Positions 25,731 through 35,075 of a stretch of DNA of 64,000 bases are shown here, in pieces. Source of the stretch: Thermoplasmata archaeon (GTDB lineage: Archaea > Thermoplasmatota > Thermoplasmata > Lutacidiplasmatales > UBA184); the NCBI GenBank assembly GCA_035297105.1, contig DATGZO010000010.1:1241-65240 (forward strand), written 5' to 3'. The number at the start of each line of letters is the position of its first letter. Position 1 is the first letter of the stretch. The notes under the pieces were generated by a model that had not been told where the DNA came from, did no database searches, and saw nothing but the letters and a program-made list of their open reading frames with translations. Position numbers and translations under genes: made by a program.

Positions 25731-26966
25731 CTACGAGCGAAGGTAGATCACGCGACCCCCTCGGATGGTCGCGCGGACCCGCGCGAACGCGCCGACCTCA
25801 CGGATCGGGTCCGCGTCCAGGAGGACCAGGTCCCCCCGTCGCCCCGGACGTACGGTCGCCTCGTCCGCCCCGATCCCGAACCGGCGGGCGGGCGCGGTGG
25901 TCAACATCCGCAGGACGCTCGACCCGTCCAACCCGCATCGCGCCAACGCTTGAAACTCCCCGTCCGTGGAATAATCGCGCAGGTACCCCACGTCCGTTCC
26001 GAACAGCAGGTCCCCCCCCAGGGCGTGGAATCGCTGGACCACCTCGTAGATGGGATTCAGGTAGGCGGGGCTATCGTTCGCCGTGTCGGAGAACATCTTC
26101 AGGGTGGGTGTCATCGCCATGCGGCGTTCCACCAGGCTGTGGAGGATCGACTCATCAATCCCTTCCGTAGAGTCCGGCGGATGGGCGAGGACATCGACGC
26201 CCGCCCGGATCGCCACGCGAGTGCCCTCCAGGTTCGACGCGTGGCTGTACACGAGCCGTCCGCGAGCATGCGCGACCTCGACGGCCGCCCGGGCGACGGG
26301 CTCGGGCATGTTCTTCACGACTCCCCGGTCGATGTACGACCCGGTGAACAACTTGATCAGGTCCGCGCCCTGGTCGAGGTTCCGTTTCGCGATGCGTCTC
26401 GCCGACGCGGGAGTGGACGGTTGGGGGACCCGGAGACGAAGCCAGAACGGGAGATCGGCCCGGAGGTAGTACGGAATGCCTCGAGGGGGGAACATGCCGG
26501 GACCCGACGTGTAGATCGCGGGACCGGGGAGGCGCTCGGACTCGATTATCCTTCGAATCGGGAAACTGGTTCGAGGGTCCGAGCCCGTGTCCACGACGGT
26601 CGTGAAGCCGTGTCCGGTCAGCATCTCGCGGAGCTGCGACTCGAGGAGCTCGCGGTGTTGGCTCCCCGGCCTCCGCCATTTGGCCTCCGTGAAGTGGATA
26701 TGGGCATTCCAGAACCCGGCGGTAAGGACCCGGCCTTCTCCCGGTACGACTTGCGCCTCATCCGGGATCGAGAGATCCGGCCCCACCGCCAGGATGCGAC
26801 CGTCCTGGATCAGGACCGTGCCGCGGGGGATCGGGGGCTCCTCCGGAGAAGGGTAGATGCGGGCGTTCCGGACCGCCAGGGTGGCCCGGCCGGGCGACCC
26901 GACTCCACCCCCGGGGGAGGCCTCACCACCTTTGGGGTGGTCGACGGGAGCCGGGGATCGGGACAC
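25731..26966 (-). CDS. Amidohydrolase-family metal-dependent hydrolase
   Basis: The 411-aa ORF has 'GFWNAHIHF' (H-x-H metal ligands) and a later 'HA...H...D' pattern typical of the amidohydrolase superfamily. Confidence 0.75.
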   Translation of the reverse strand: MSRSPAPVDHPKGGEASPGGGVGSPGRATLAVRNARIYPSPEEPPIPRGTVLIQDGRILAVGPDLSIPDEAQVVPGEGRVLTAGFWNAHIHFTEAKWRRPGSQHRELLESQLREMLTGHGFTTVVDTGSDPRTSFPIRRIIESERLPGPAIYTSGPGMFPPRGIPYYLRADLPFWLRLRVPQPSTPASARRIAKRNLDQGADLIKLFTGSYIDRGVVKNMPEPVARAAVEVAHARGRLVYSHASNLEGTRVAIRAGVDVLAHPPDSTEGIDESILHSLVERRMAMTPTLKMFSDTANDSPAYLNPIYEVVQRFHALGGDLLFGTDVGYLRDYSTDGEFQALARCGLDGSSVLRMLTTAPARRFGIGADEATVRPGRRGDLVLLDADPIREVGAFARVRATIRGGRVIYLRS

Positions 26967-27041
26967 ATTGGTGAGAAGACGCGACGGCCCTTATCCTTGC
27001 GTGGAGGGGAAGCGGAACCCCACCGTCCATCGTGAGTCGGA

Positions 27042-27254
27042 TTAGGTTGAGACCCGGTGGGATCGCGCTATCTGGGCACGAAGTCGCCGTTCGATCTCGG
27101 CTTCATTCATCCCATCGACGACGAGCAGCTTGGCCCGGGATGCGCCCGCCCGCTCCCAACGAACCGACGACCGAGGGACGTGGAGCCAATCCGCCACCAG
27201 TTCCGCGACCGCCCTGTTCGCCCGGCCGTGGACCGGGGGCTCACGGCACGCCAC
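27042..27254 (-). CDS. DUF167 (YggU-like) protein; the annotated GTG start truncates the conserved N-terminus
   Basis: 'EPPVHGRANRAVAELVADWLHVPRSSVRWERAGASRAKLLVV' matches the DUF167 core 'APPVDGKAN..L..FLA..L.V....V.I.SG..SR.K'. The in-frame upstream sequence encodes '...LTRVPIWVRAGSPADALSWEPWRKRWVV' (cf. YggU 'LRLYIQPKASRDEIVG...LKVRVTA') with no ATG/GTG/TTG. Confidence 0.45.
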   Translation of the reverse strand: MACREPPVHGRANRAVAELVADWLHVPRSSVRWERAGASRAKLLVVDGMNEAEIERRLRAQIARSHRVST

Positions 27255-27469
27255 GACCCACCTCTTGCGCCAGGGCTCCCAGGAGAGCGCATCCGCCGGG
27301 CTCCCGGCCCGGACCCAGATAGGAACCCTCGTCAGTGTGAGCCCCTCGCGTTTGTCCGTAGTCGTCCCACAGGCATGTATTATTCCCCTGGAGAAGGGCG
27401 GAGCCGGTCGTGTGGAAACCTACCATCCAGGGAGAAACGGGGAAGTAGCCCGGCGACAGACCGGGACCG

Positions 27470-27874
27470 ATGGCCGAACCGAACCGGGTTGATTTCCTCA
27501 ACCCGCCCACGATGCATCCTCCCGTCGGATACTCTCATGTGGCTCGGGTCCGCGGCGGTGGGCTCGTGTTCATTTCGGGCCAGGTGGCCATCGATGAATC
27601 CGGAGCGGTCGTGGGTCCCGGCGACTACACTCGCCAGGCGGAACAGACGTTCAAGAACCTCGGGCTCGCGCTCGAGGCCGCGGGGACGACCTTCCGGTCC
27701 GTCGTGAAACTGTCGATCTTCGTTACCGACATTCGGGGTCTTCCGGAGATCCGGGCCGTTCGAAACCGACACATCGACGTGACCCATCCGCCGGCGAGCA
27801 CGGCCGTACAAGTAAGCCGGCTCTTCCGCCCCGAGCTCCTCCTCGAGATCGAGGCCGTCGCCGCCTTGGAGTAA
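27470..27874 (+). CDS. ridA: RidA/YjgF/TdcF-family reactive-intermediate deaminase
   Basis: 'GGLVFISGQVAIDESGAVVGPGDYTRQAEQTFKNLGLALEAAG...VVKLSIFVTD...PASTAVQVSRL...LLEIEAVA' is a classic Rid family sequence. Confidence 0.8.
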   Translation: MAEPNRVDFLNPPTMHPPVGYSHVARVRGGGLVFISGQVAIDESGAVVGPGDYTRQAEQTFKNLGLALEAAGTTFRSVVKLSIFVTDIRGLPEIRAVRNRHIDVTHPPASTAVQVSRLFRPELLLEIEAVAALE

Positions 27875-27904
27875 CAACGGACGGGGGAGGTTCCCCCGGT
27901 CGCC

Positions 27905-29116
27905 TCAGCCGTGGGTGATCGTGTGCGAGTGGACACCGGCGGATCCGCGCTCCTCGAGGGCGGCCGAGCTCACCAGCTTCGCCGCGACCGCGAACGCGTT
28001 GATGGCCTCGTTAGCGCCCGCCTTGCGGAGCTTCGAAAGGCTGTTCGGAGCCGTGGCGACGGCGACGATCCGTAGCTGGCTGTCGATCCCCCGCGCCGTG
28101 ATCACGGTCAACAGGTTCTCGGCGTCGGAGTCGTCGGCCGCGATCAGCGCCCGGGCCCGGTCGATTCCCACCGCCCTGAGGTCGTCCTCGGACGAGGAGT
28201 CGCCCCGATGGGAGACGTATCCTTCGTTGCGGAATTGCTCCACGTCCGCGGGATCGGAAGCGAGGATCACCGACCGCACTCCTTCTTCTCGGAACGTCTC
28301 GGCCGTGGCCCGGGCGGTCGTCGAGGCCCCACAGATGATCACGTGGTCGCTGATGTCTTCCATTTGAGCCCGTTGCAGGCGTTGCGCGATACGCTCGAGC
28401 CGACGCTCGAGGAAGGGCAAGAAGAGCACCACGACAGCCGATAAGAACGTTCCCACGCCGAGGAGGATGAGGACCACGACGAAGGACCGGGCCGAGTCGC
28501 TCAGGGGGGAGTACTCCGACCCATTCGTCGAGATCGTCGAGACGGTGAAGTACAGCGCCTCGCTCCATCCGTGGATCGGAGGCGCGAACTGGTCGCCGAG
28601 CTTCTTCGCGCCCGCCATTCCGAACAGGAGCGAGAGGAGCGCGGCCACGACCACGATCAGTTGCGTCGACGCGGGGCCGGTGACCGCCCCCCGGTAGAAT
28701 CCCCCCCGGAACGGGAAGATGAAGACGACCAAACCGGTCGCGGCGGCCGCGGCGGCCAGGGAGTAGGCGTTGGGACTGAAGGCGGCGATGAAGATCGTGA
28801 GCGCGGGAGCCAGCAACGAGAAGAGCCACGCCACGACGCTCTGTTCCTCGATCCGGTAGGAGAGGACGATCAGGAGAACGCCCGCGATCGCATCGAAGGG
28901 GGGGTCGTACCCGGTCAGATAGTCCCGGTAGAAGTCAGGAAGGACGAACAGGGACGACGCGAATCCCATCACGACCAGGAAGACGCCGACCGTGCCCGTC
29001 GCCAGGGCGAGGTGGGGGTTGTGGAACATCCGGTGATCGGGCGGGCGCGCGGCCGCGCGGGCGGGGGATTTCACGGCGGTCGCTCTCCCGCTCCCCGATG
29101 CCATCGCGCGGACCAA
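27905..29116 (-). CDS. 6-TM ion channel with a C-terminal RCK/TrkA-N domain and an atypical selectivity filter
   Basis: Six N-terminal hydrophobic helices are followed by the pore region 'GWSEALYFTVSTISTNGSEYSP'. The canonical T-V-G-Y-G-D filter is replaced by T-N-G-S-E-Y. The Rossmann-like 'HVIICGASTTARATAETFREEGVRSVILASD' is an RCK domain. Confidence 0.6.
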   Translation of the reverse strand: MVRAMASGSGRATAVKSPARAAARPPDHRMFHNPHLALATGTVGVFLVVMGFASSLFVLPDFYRDYLTGYDPPFDAIAGVLLIVLSYRIEEQSVVAWLFSLLAPALTIFIAAFSPNAYSLAAAAAATGLVVFIFPFRGGFYRGAVTGPASTQLIVVVAALLSLLFGMAGAKKLGDQFAPPIHGWSEALYFTVSTISTNGSEYSPLSDSARSFVVVLILLGVGTFLSAVVVLFLPFLERRLERIAQRLQRAQMEDISDHVIICGASTTARATAETFREEGVRSVILASDPADVEQFRNEGYVSHRGDSSSEDDLRAVGIDRARALIAADDSDAENLLTVITARGIDSQLRIVAVATAPNSLSKLRKAGANEAINAFAVAAKLVSSAALEERGSAGVHSHTITHG

Positions 29117-29345
29117 GGCATGGAGCTAGAAGTACCCTCGTTCGAGGTGGAAACGTGGGATCCGAAGCGGCCCGGCCGGGTCCGCCGGCGTTTCCTGCGA
29201 CCGGGCGCGGGGAGTGCCGTCGACCCCTCCCGGGACGAATGACAGGCCGCCGCACGGCGAAGCGAGGCTTCTTTAACCACGCCCGGCTCCCTCTCGTTGA
29301 CGGAATCGCCATCGACCTACCCAGATCGGGGCGCCCGAAGCGAAC

Positions 29346-30689
29346 ATGAGCGACCCCGATAGTAGAGAGACAAGCCCAGCGGCGAGCACGGCGACATTCG
29401 AAGACCTGCCCCTCAACGCGCAGCTGCGCGCGGGCATCCGCGAGATGGGGTATTCGCAGCCCACTCCGATCCAGCAGGGCGCGATCCCGGACGCGGTACG
29501 AGGACGGGACCTGATCGGTACCGCCCAGACCGGGACCGGCAAGACCGCTGCCTTCCTGCTTCCGATCCTGGAGCGCCTCATGAGTCGACCCCGGGGTCGC
29601 ATCTACGCGCTCGTCCTGACCCCGACCCGGGAACTCGCCTTGCAGGCCGAGGGGTTCCTGCACCAACTCGGTCGGCATACGGGTCTCCGAGGGGCCGCCG
29701 TGTACGGCGGTGTGGGGATGGGCCCCCAGGAGCGCGCGCTCCGGAGCGGCGCCGAGATCATCATCGCCACCCCGGGCCGGCTGCTCGACCACATGCAGCG
29801 CGGCTACGTCGACTTCCGCGCCCTCGAGATCCTGGTCCTGGACGAGGCGGACCGGATGCTCGACATGGGCTTCCTTCCCGATGTCCGGCGGATCCACGAC
29901 CGCCTGCCCCGGAACCGTCAGACCATGCTCTTCTCGGCCACGATGCCGCCCGAGGTCGTGCGACTCTCGCGGGATTTCCTTCGGGACCCCCGAATGGTCC
30001 ATGTCGCGGCCGACACGGTGGCCGCCGTCGGTGTCTCGCATCTCGCGGTCCCGGCCCCCTCTCCGCAAAAGACGGCGATGCTCTGCCGCCTCCTCGACGA
30101 TGCGACCATGACGAGCGTGCTCGTTTTCGTCCGCACCAAGCGCCGCGCGGACCGACTCGTTCGTGACCTGGCCCGGGCGGGCATCTCCGTCGGCGTCATC
30201 CACGGGAACAAGAGCCAGAACCAGCGGGTCCTCGCCCTCGAAGGGTTCCGGAGCGGCAGCCACCGCGTGCTGGTCGCGACCGACATCGCGGCGCGCGGGG
30301 TCGATGTGGAGGGAGTCTCCCACGTCATCAACTACGACGTTCCTCACGAGCCGGGGACGTACATCCACCGGGTCGGACGGACCGCGCGCGCCCAGCGCCG
30401 CGGCGATGCCATCACCCTCGTCGCCCCGGAAGAGGCCCAAGATCTGCTTCGCGTGGAGCGGTTGTTGGGGGAGAAGATCCCGCGGGCGAACATGCCCGGA
30501 TGGGACTACAACGCCCCCGCCCCCCTTCCGGTCCTCGTCGAGAACCCCCCCGGCGCTCGACCGGAGCGGAATCGACGCGACCACGGTGGCCGCTCTCCGA
30601 CCCAGGGTCGCCGAGAGTACCGACCCCGGGGCGGCGCCCCCGGCGGCGACCGGTCCCGCTACCGCCGATCCCACGGTTCGCGGTACTAA
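29346..30689 (+). CDS. DEAD-box ATP-dependent RNA helicase with an RG-rich C-terminal tail
   Basis: Q-motif 'FEDLPLNAQLRAGIREMGYSQPTPIQ'; motif I 'AQTGTGKT'; 'PTRELA'; motif II 'VLDEADRMLDMGF'; 'SAT'; 'LVATDIAARGVDV'; 'HRVGRTARA'. Confidence 0.9.
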   Translation: MSDPDSRETSPAASTATFEDLPLNAQLRAGIREMGYSQPTPIQQGAIPDAVRGRDLIGTAQTGTGKTAAFLLPILERLMSRPRGRIYALVLTPTRELALQAEGFLHQLGRHTGLRGAAVYGGVGMGPQERALRSGAEIIIATPGRLLDHMQRGYVDFRALEILVLDEADRMLDMGFLPDVRRIHDRLPRNRQTMLFSATMPPEVVRLSRDFLRDPRMVHVAADTVAAVGVSHLAVPAPSPQKTAMLCRLLDDATMTSVLVFVRTKRRADRLVRDLARAGISVGVIHGNKSQNQRVLALEGFRSGSHRVLVATDIAARGVDVEGVSHVINYDVPHEPGTYIHRVGRTARAQRRGDAITLVAPEEAQDLLRVERLLGEKIPRANMPGWDYNAPAPLPVLVENPPGARPERNRRDHGGRSPTQGRREYRPRGGAPGGDRSRYRRSHGSRY

Positions 30690-30781
30690 GCGGACGGTCG
30701 GGCGCTCTTCCTGCCCCTCTCTCGTGCGAGAGAAGGTGTTTGAACCACCGCGCGTAGCATCGGTGGGCGTACCGAAGAGCC

Positions 30782-31474
30782 GTGACGACGAACCTGCGGA
30801 TCAGCCTCACCGTCCTCTCGATCGGGTTTGCCATCGAAGGGGGAGGAGAGCTGTATACCCTCGCGACCCCCGGAGTGGCGCATCCGGGCGCCAACATCTG
30901 GTTCGTGGTTCCGGCGGTCCTCAGCTTGATCGGGGTCCTCTTCGTCTGGATCGGTCGCCACGAGTGGAACGAGGTCCATCTTCATCGCGCCCAGAGCGCG
31001 ACCCGGATCTTCGCCCTCAGCCTCCTGGGAGGCGTGGTCACCGCTCTGCTGCTCGGATTGCTGGTGGCGTACCCTTCGATCGGGACTCCCCTCTGGGCGG
31101 AAGTGCTGTTCGGGGCCGGACTCGCGTCCCTCCTCTTCGGGACGTTCGTGACGTACGCCTACCTCGTCTTCCACCTCGTCACGGTGCCGAGCAAGGTGGT
31201 CCTCGCCGCCGCCGTGGTCTGGGCCTTGTTCATCTCCGCGTTCATCACCCTCTCCCTCGCCTCGGACCTACCGACCATCCTCGGTCTCATCCGGAACCGG
31301 ACCCTCTCCGTTCCATCGTTCATTTCCCCCGTCGAGGCCCTCGTCTCGTACCTGTTCGTTTCCTACTTCCTCCTGCTCGCCGCGTACTTCGAGGCCCACG
31401 TACTGGTTGCTCGCGGGCGGGTGGCCGACCCGGGCGGAGCGTCCCCGCCGAGTCCTCCAACGACACCGAACTGA
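30782..31474 (+). CDS. Hypothetical integral membrane protein (about 6 TM) with a Pro-rich C-terminus
   Basis: The 230-aa ORF has a GTG start and hydrophobic helices throughout ('IWFVVPAVLSLIGVLFVWIG', 'IFALSLLGGVVTALLLGLLVAY', ...). Confidence 0.5.
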   Translation: MTTNLRISLTVLSIGFAIEGGGELYTLATPGVAHPGANIWFVVPAVLSLIGVLFVWIGRHEWNEVHLHRAQSATRIFALSLLGGVVTALLLGLLVAYPSIGTPLWAEVLFGAGLASLLFGTFVTYAYLVFHLVTVPSKVVLAAAVVWALFISAFITLSLASDLPTILGLIRNRTLSVPSFISPVEALVSYLFVSYFLLLAAYFEAHVLVARGRVADPGGASPPSPPTTPN

Positions 31475-31514
31475 GCACGAAACCCAATTTAACCGGGTCG
31501 TGGATGCCGTGAGG

Positions 31515-31697
31515 ATGCCGTACGTCGAGTACGATGAGGTGGAGGCGGTGTGCGCCGACTGCGGCCGCATCTTCCGCTCGGAGGAGGCCCTCGCCCTGCA
31601 CCGTCTCGAATCGCATCAAACCGCGGTACGGCCGGTACGGCGGTCGCGCTCGAAACCTGCGCGCGCTCCGCCACCCGACCCGCCCGCCACGCCGTGA
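31515..31697 (+). CDS. Small C2H2-type zinc-finger protein (60 aa)
   Basis: 'CADCGRIFRSEEALALHRLESH' is a C-x2-C-x12-H-x4-H classic zinc finger. The internal ATG gives 'MPYVEYDEVEAV'. Confidence 0.4.
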   Translation: MPYVEYDEVEAVCADCGRIFRSEEALALHRLESHQTAVRPVRRSRSKPARAPPPDPPATP

Positions 31698-31763
31698 CCG
31701 GTCGAGAGTCGAGGGTTCCCCGGCTCGTGGAACGAGGCGATCCTGCGGAGAGGATCCCTCCCT

Positions 31764-32696
31764 CTACATCGACTTCAGTACCAAGGGCAGGCCGGTCCGG
31801 CAGTCCGGAAAGCGGGGAACCCATCCGAGAGAGCGCAATCGTCGGTTCGAACCGGCCCGGTTGGCCATCAGGTGATGGGCGACATCGTTCCCCACGTCGC
31901 GCCGGAGTGCCTCCTCCCCCGCGTTCGCGGGCACGGGAACGCCAAGCTCACCCGCCACGAGCTCCAGGAGGGCCTGGAGCGGGATGGGGTGGTCGTCCAC
32001 CACGAGATACTTCTCGCCGCAGACCCCCCGTTCCAGAACGGCACGGAACGCCGCAGCGGTATCGTCCAGTTCGACGAGGGACCAATGGTTCTTGCCTTCG
32101 CCCGGCACTCGATACGATCCGGCCCGGATCGCATCCACCATGCCCCGGAACCAGGACCCATTTCCGTAGACCATGCCGGGTCGAACGACCATGACGTCGA
32201 GGGACCCGGGCGAGGCGAACTCAAGCCCGGCGAGCTCGGCCTCACGGTTGGTTCGAGACTCGCCCCGTGGATCGAGAGTGGATTCCTCCGAGAGTGCACC
32301 GGTCTGGTCGGCGTACACCCAATACCCCGAGCCGACCACGAGGCGTCGGGCGCCGACGGCCCGGGCCGCGGTCGCAAGATTCCGGGTCCCGTCCACTCGG
32401 ATACGCCGGGCCCTTTCGGCCTCCGCGGGAGAGTCCGGATACGAAGCCGCGACGTGGATCGCGGCGGAGCACCCTTCCATCGCCCGGCGGACCGAGTCGG
32501 GGTCGAGGACGTCTCCGAGCACCGGCTTGCCCCCTGAAGCGAGGACGACCTCGGCACCGGCGGGCTTTCGCACGAGCCCGCGGACCGGGTACCCCTCGGC
32601 AGCGAGGGACCGGACTATGGCTCGACCCAGGTACCCCGCCGCACCGGCCACGAGGACCGGGGCGGACGCGCGCCCTTTGGTCTGCCGGGTGTCCAC
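31764..32696 (-). CDS. NAD(P)-dependent epimerase/dehydratase (SDR superfamily)
   Basis: A GTG start is immediately followed by the Rossmann motif 'VLVAGAAGYLGRAIVRSLAAEGYPVRGLVR'. The rest of the sequence is extended-SDR epimerase-like. The 531-aa track ORF is a spurious 5' extension. Confidence 0.75.
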   Translation of the reverse strand: MDTRQTKGRASAPVLVAGAAGYLGRAIVRSLAAEGYPVRGLVRKPAGAEVVLASGGKPVLGDVLDPDSVRRAMEGCSAAIHVAASYPDSPAEAERARRIRVDGTRNLATAARAVGARRLVVGSGYWVYADQTGALSEESTLDPRGESRTNREAELAGLEFASPGSLDVMVVRPGMVYGNGSWFRGMVDAIRAGSYRVPGEGKNHWSLVELDDTAAAFRAVLERGVCGEKYLVVDDHPIPLQALLELVAGELGVPVPANAGEEALRRDVGNDVAHHLMANRAGSNRRLRSLGWVPRFPDCRTGLPLVLKSM

Positions 32697-32791
32697 GACG
32701 TACCCCTCCCCGCACCCACGCCACGCGACCCGATGAAGTGTCGGTCGGGGACCCCGAGGAACCGGCGCACCGGCGGGGCGGTTGTTCGAGC

Positions 32792-33478
32792 CTACGTCGA
32801 GGTGGCGCGAGCGGCCGTGGGCGCCGGGGCGGGGGCGCTTTGCGGGAGGCTGATCAATCCGAGGAAGAGGCAGACGATCCCGAGGAACTCGGCGTAGTAG
32901 AGGGCGACCGGGAACGAGGCGATGTACAAGGTCCCTCCCGCCCCGAGGACGACCGCCCCGGCGATCATCAACAGGGTTTGCCAGCGCCGGTCCCGTCGAA
33001 GCGAAACGACCGAGGCCGTGATCAGAATCACCGTGGCCGGTGCGGTGACGAGGGTCGAAAGGACGATGAGCATCAGGGGCGGGTCCCCGGCAATGATCCC
33101 GTTGCTGACCATGCTGGTGGACAGGGGGGTCACGAAACTGAAGACCCCGACCACGGCGCAGGTCGCGGCCGTGTACCAGGTGTAGGCGCGTTCGATGCGC
33201 GGGCTGCGCAACACCCGCGTGGCGCCGAGGGAAAGTACTCCGACGATCGCTGCCGAGAAGAACACGTACGCTTGGAGCAGCGGTACCGACACGTAGCCGA
33301 GGTAGACGACCCCCTCGACACCCATCGCCGCGGTCGCGAAAGCGATGCCTCCCCCCCACATGAGTTGGACCCGCATCCGGGTCTGGAAGTATCGTCGGAG
33401 GCCCCGGGCACCCAGCACCGCCAGCATCGCGGTGAGAGTGAACAACGAGATCGCGATCGCATAGGACTGCGCGATCAT
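32792..33478 (-). CDS. Hypothetical 7-TM membrane protein
   Basis: The internal ATG gives 'MIAQSYAIAISLFTLTAMLAVLG'. Seven hydrophobic segments follow, with an Ala/Pro-rich C-terminus. Confidence 0.55.
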   Translation of the reverse strand: MIAQSYAIAISLFTLTAMLAVLGARGLRRYFQTRMRVQLMWGGGIAFATAAMGVEGVVYLGYVSVPLLQAYVFFSAAIVGVLSLGATRVLRSPRIERAYTWYTAATCAVVGVFSFVTPLSTSMVSNGIIAGDPPLMLIVLSTLVTAPATVILITASVVSLRRDRRWQTLLMIAGAVVLGAGGTLYIASFPVALYYAEFLGIVCLFLGLISLPQSAPAPAPTAARATST

Positions 33479-34770
33479 GAGAATCCCTCGGTCGCCTTGG
33501 GAAGACTTCGCAGGCCCGCTTCCGACCCGGTCACGGTGTGTTGGGTCCCCTGTGACGCGTCCTTTAAAGACGGAGGTGTACGAACTTTTCGAGGGGCTGA
33601 CATCTCGACCTACGGAGGAGATGTCTCCCACCGGCCCCTGCGACGAGCCGACTTTCGGGGGGCGGGCCGCGAGACAGGGGAAGGATCGAGCAAGACCATA
33701 ATTCAAGTAGGAAGTGGACCTATGTACGAACGCTATGCCGAAGAAGACAAGCAAGGCGAAGGCGAAGAAGAAGAAGCGGTAACGCCCTCGCCCGCTGCGC
33801 CCTCCTGGAAGAGGGGGATTGCATGCGCGGACCTCTCACCACGATCTCGGGATCGCGGGACGTTCGCGGATCCCCCACGAGAAAGAGTTCCCTCTGCGAT
33901 TCCTTGAACCGCGTTCCGACCGGGGACCCCACCGGTTCGAGACCCACCACCCTCTGGACCGGGGGCGACATCTTTCCCGCGGTCCCCATTAAATCGCCGA
34001 CGTGCCTGGGTCGTCTACCGTGTGCGACCTAGCCCCGGAAGAGCAGGCGGAGTACTTTCGGTGGCTCGAACTCGCCTCGTTGAGGTCGAAGGCACCGGGG
34101 GCCCCGCGCCGGGAGCTCCCGGTCTACTTCCCGAGCCGGGAAATCGCGTCCACGACCACGTAGCTTCGGAAATCCGGACTCCACCTCGAGAACGGCGCGA
34201 GTGACGTGCTAGTATCCCGCAGAGCGATGGCGACCTTCGTCTGCCGGCATAACCTCAAGAGCCTCTGACGGCCCAAGAGGTCATGAAGCGAATTCACGTC
34301 TGGGAAAACCACGTCTCCATCCCGCATATCGACCTGGTTCTCGTACGACCCGCTACCGAGACCTTAACCGAGACCTTGGGCTCGCTGTCTCGAATGGGGA
34401 TCTCGGTGCGGGAAGACGAGGTCGAAGTCCACGGCGATGTCCGAAGCGAGTGAACCCGTTGGCCGGGACGAGCGACTTCCCAACCGCGGGCGCCCCACCG
34501 GTCCCTGCGAGCTTCGCCGGGCCTTGGTGGATATCGAAGGACCGAGTGCCGCCCTCGAGACCGGTCCGTGCTCGGGGGATGCTCCGGAAGAGCGATCGTT
34601 CCCCCCCGCGCCGGCCGGTACGCCCGCGTACTTTCTGTGCAATGCCCACCTGAGGGATGTGTTCTCCGCCCTCGATCGCGCGCGGTCAATGCGGCCTACC
34701 CACTGAACCGAAACGGGCGGCCCTCGCCCGCCCTCGCGATTCTTAACCCCGTACGTGCTGGGCCCCCCCG

Positions 34771-34986
34771 GTGGGTCCCTTGGTACAGCGAGTAACCGAC
34801 GTGGTGGGAACGGACACGGAGAGCTTTGCCGGCGCGGTACAGAGTGCGGTGCGCACCGCCTCGAAGACGGTTCGGGGCATCCGGTCGTTTAGGGTGGCCG
34901 AACTGGAGGGTACCGTGGTCGGCGCGAAGGTCACGGAATTCCGCGCCCACGTTCGCCTCTACTTCGACTACGAAGAGAAGGTATAG
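34771..34986 (+). CDS. Dodecin-family (flavin-binding) small protein
   Basis: 'VQRVTDVVGTDTESFAGAVQSAVRTASKTVRGIRSFRVAELEGTVVGAKVTEFRAHVRLYFDYE' matches the dodecin pattern (KVIELVGSS..SWEDA...A...ASKT.R.I..FEV.E.RG.I.DGKI.EY.V..KV.F.LE). GTG start. Confidence 0.55.
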   Translation: MGPLVQRVTDVVGTDTESFAGAVQSAVRTASKTVRGIRSFRVAELEGTVVGAKVTEFRAHVRLYFDYEEKV

Positions 34987-35075
34987 CGGACTCCTTCTCC
35001 CGCTGCGCCCAGGCCCTCTTCCGACGGGGCGCGCCGGGGAAGGCCGCGCGCAGGACGCTGCACGACCGTTCCGAC

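Noticed and set aside
32267-33907. 546-aa plus-strand ORF antisense to the epimerase and 7-TM membrane protein genes
   Set aside because: It has no motifs and a composition dominated by R/G/P/E. The opposite-strand genes have a Rossmann motif and coherent TM helices respectively.
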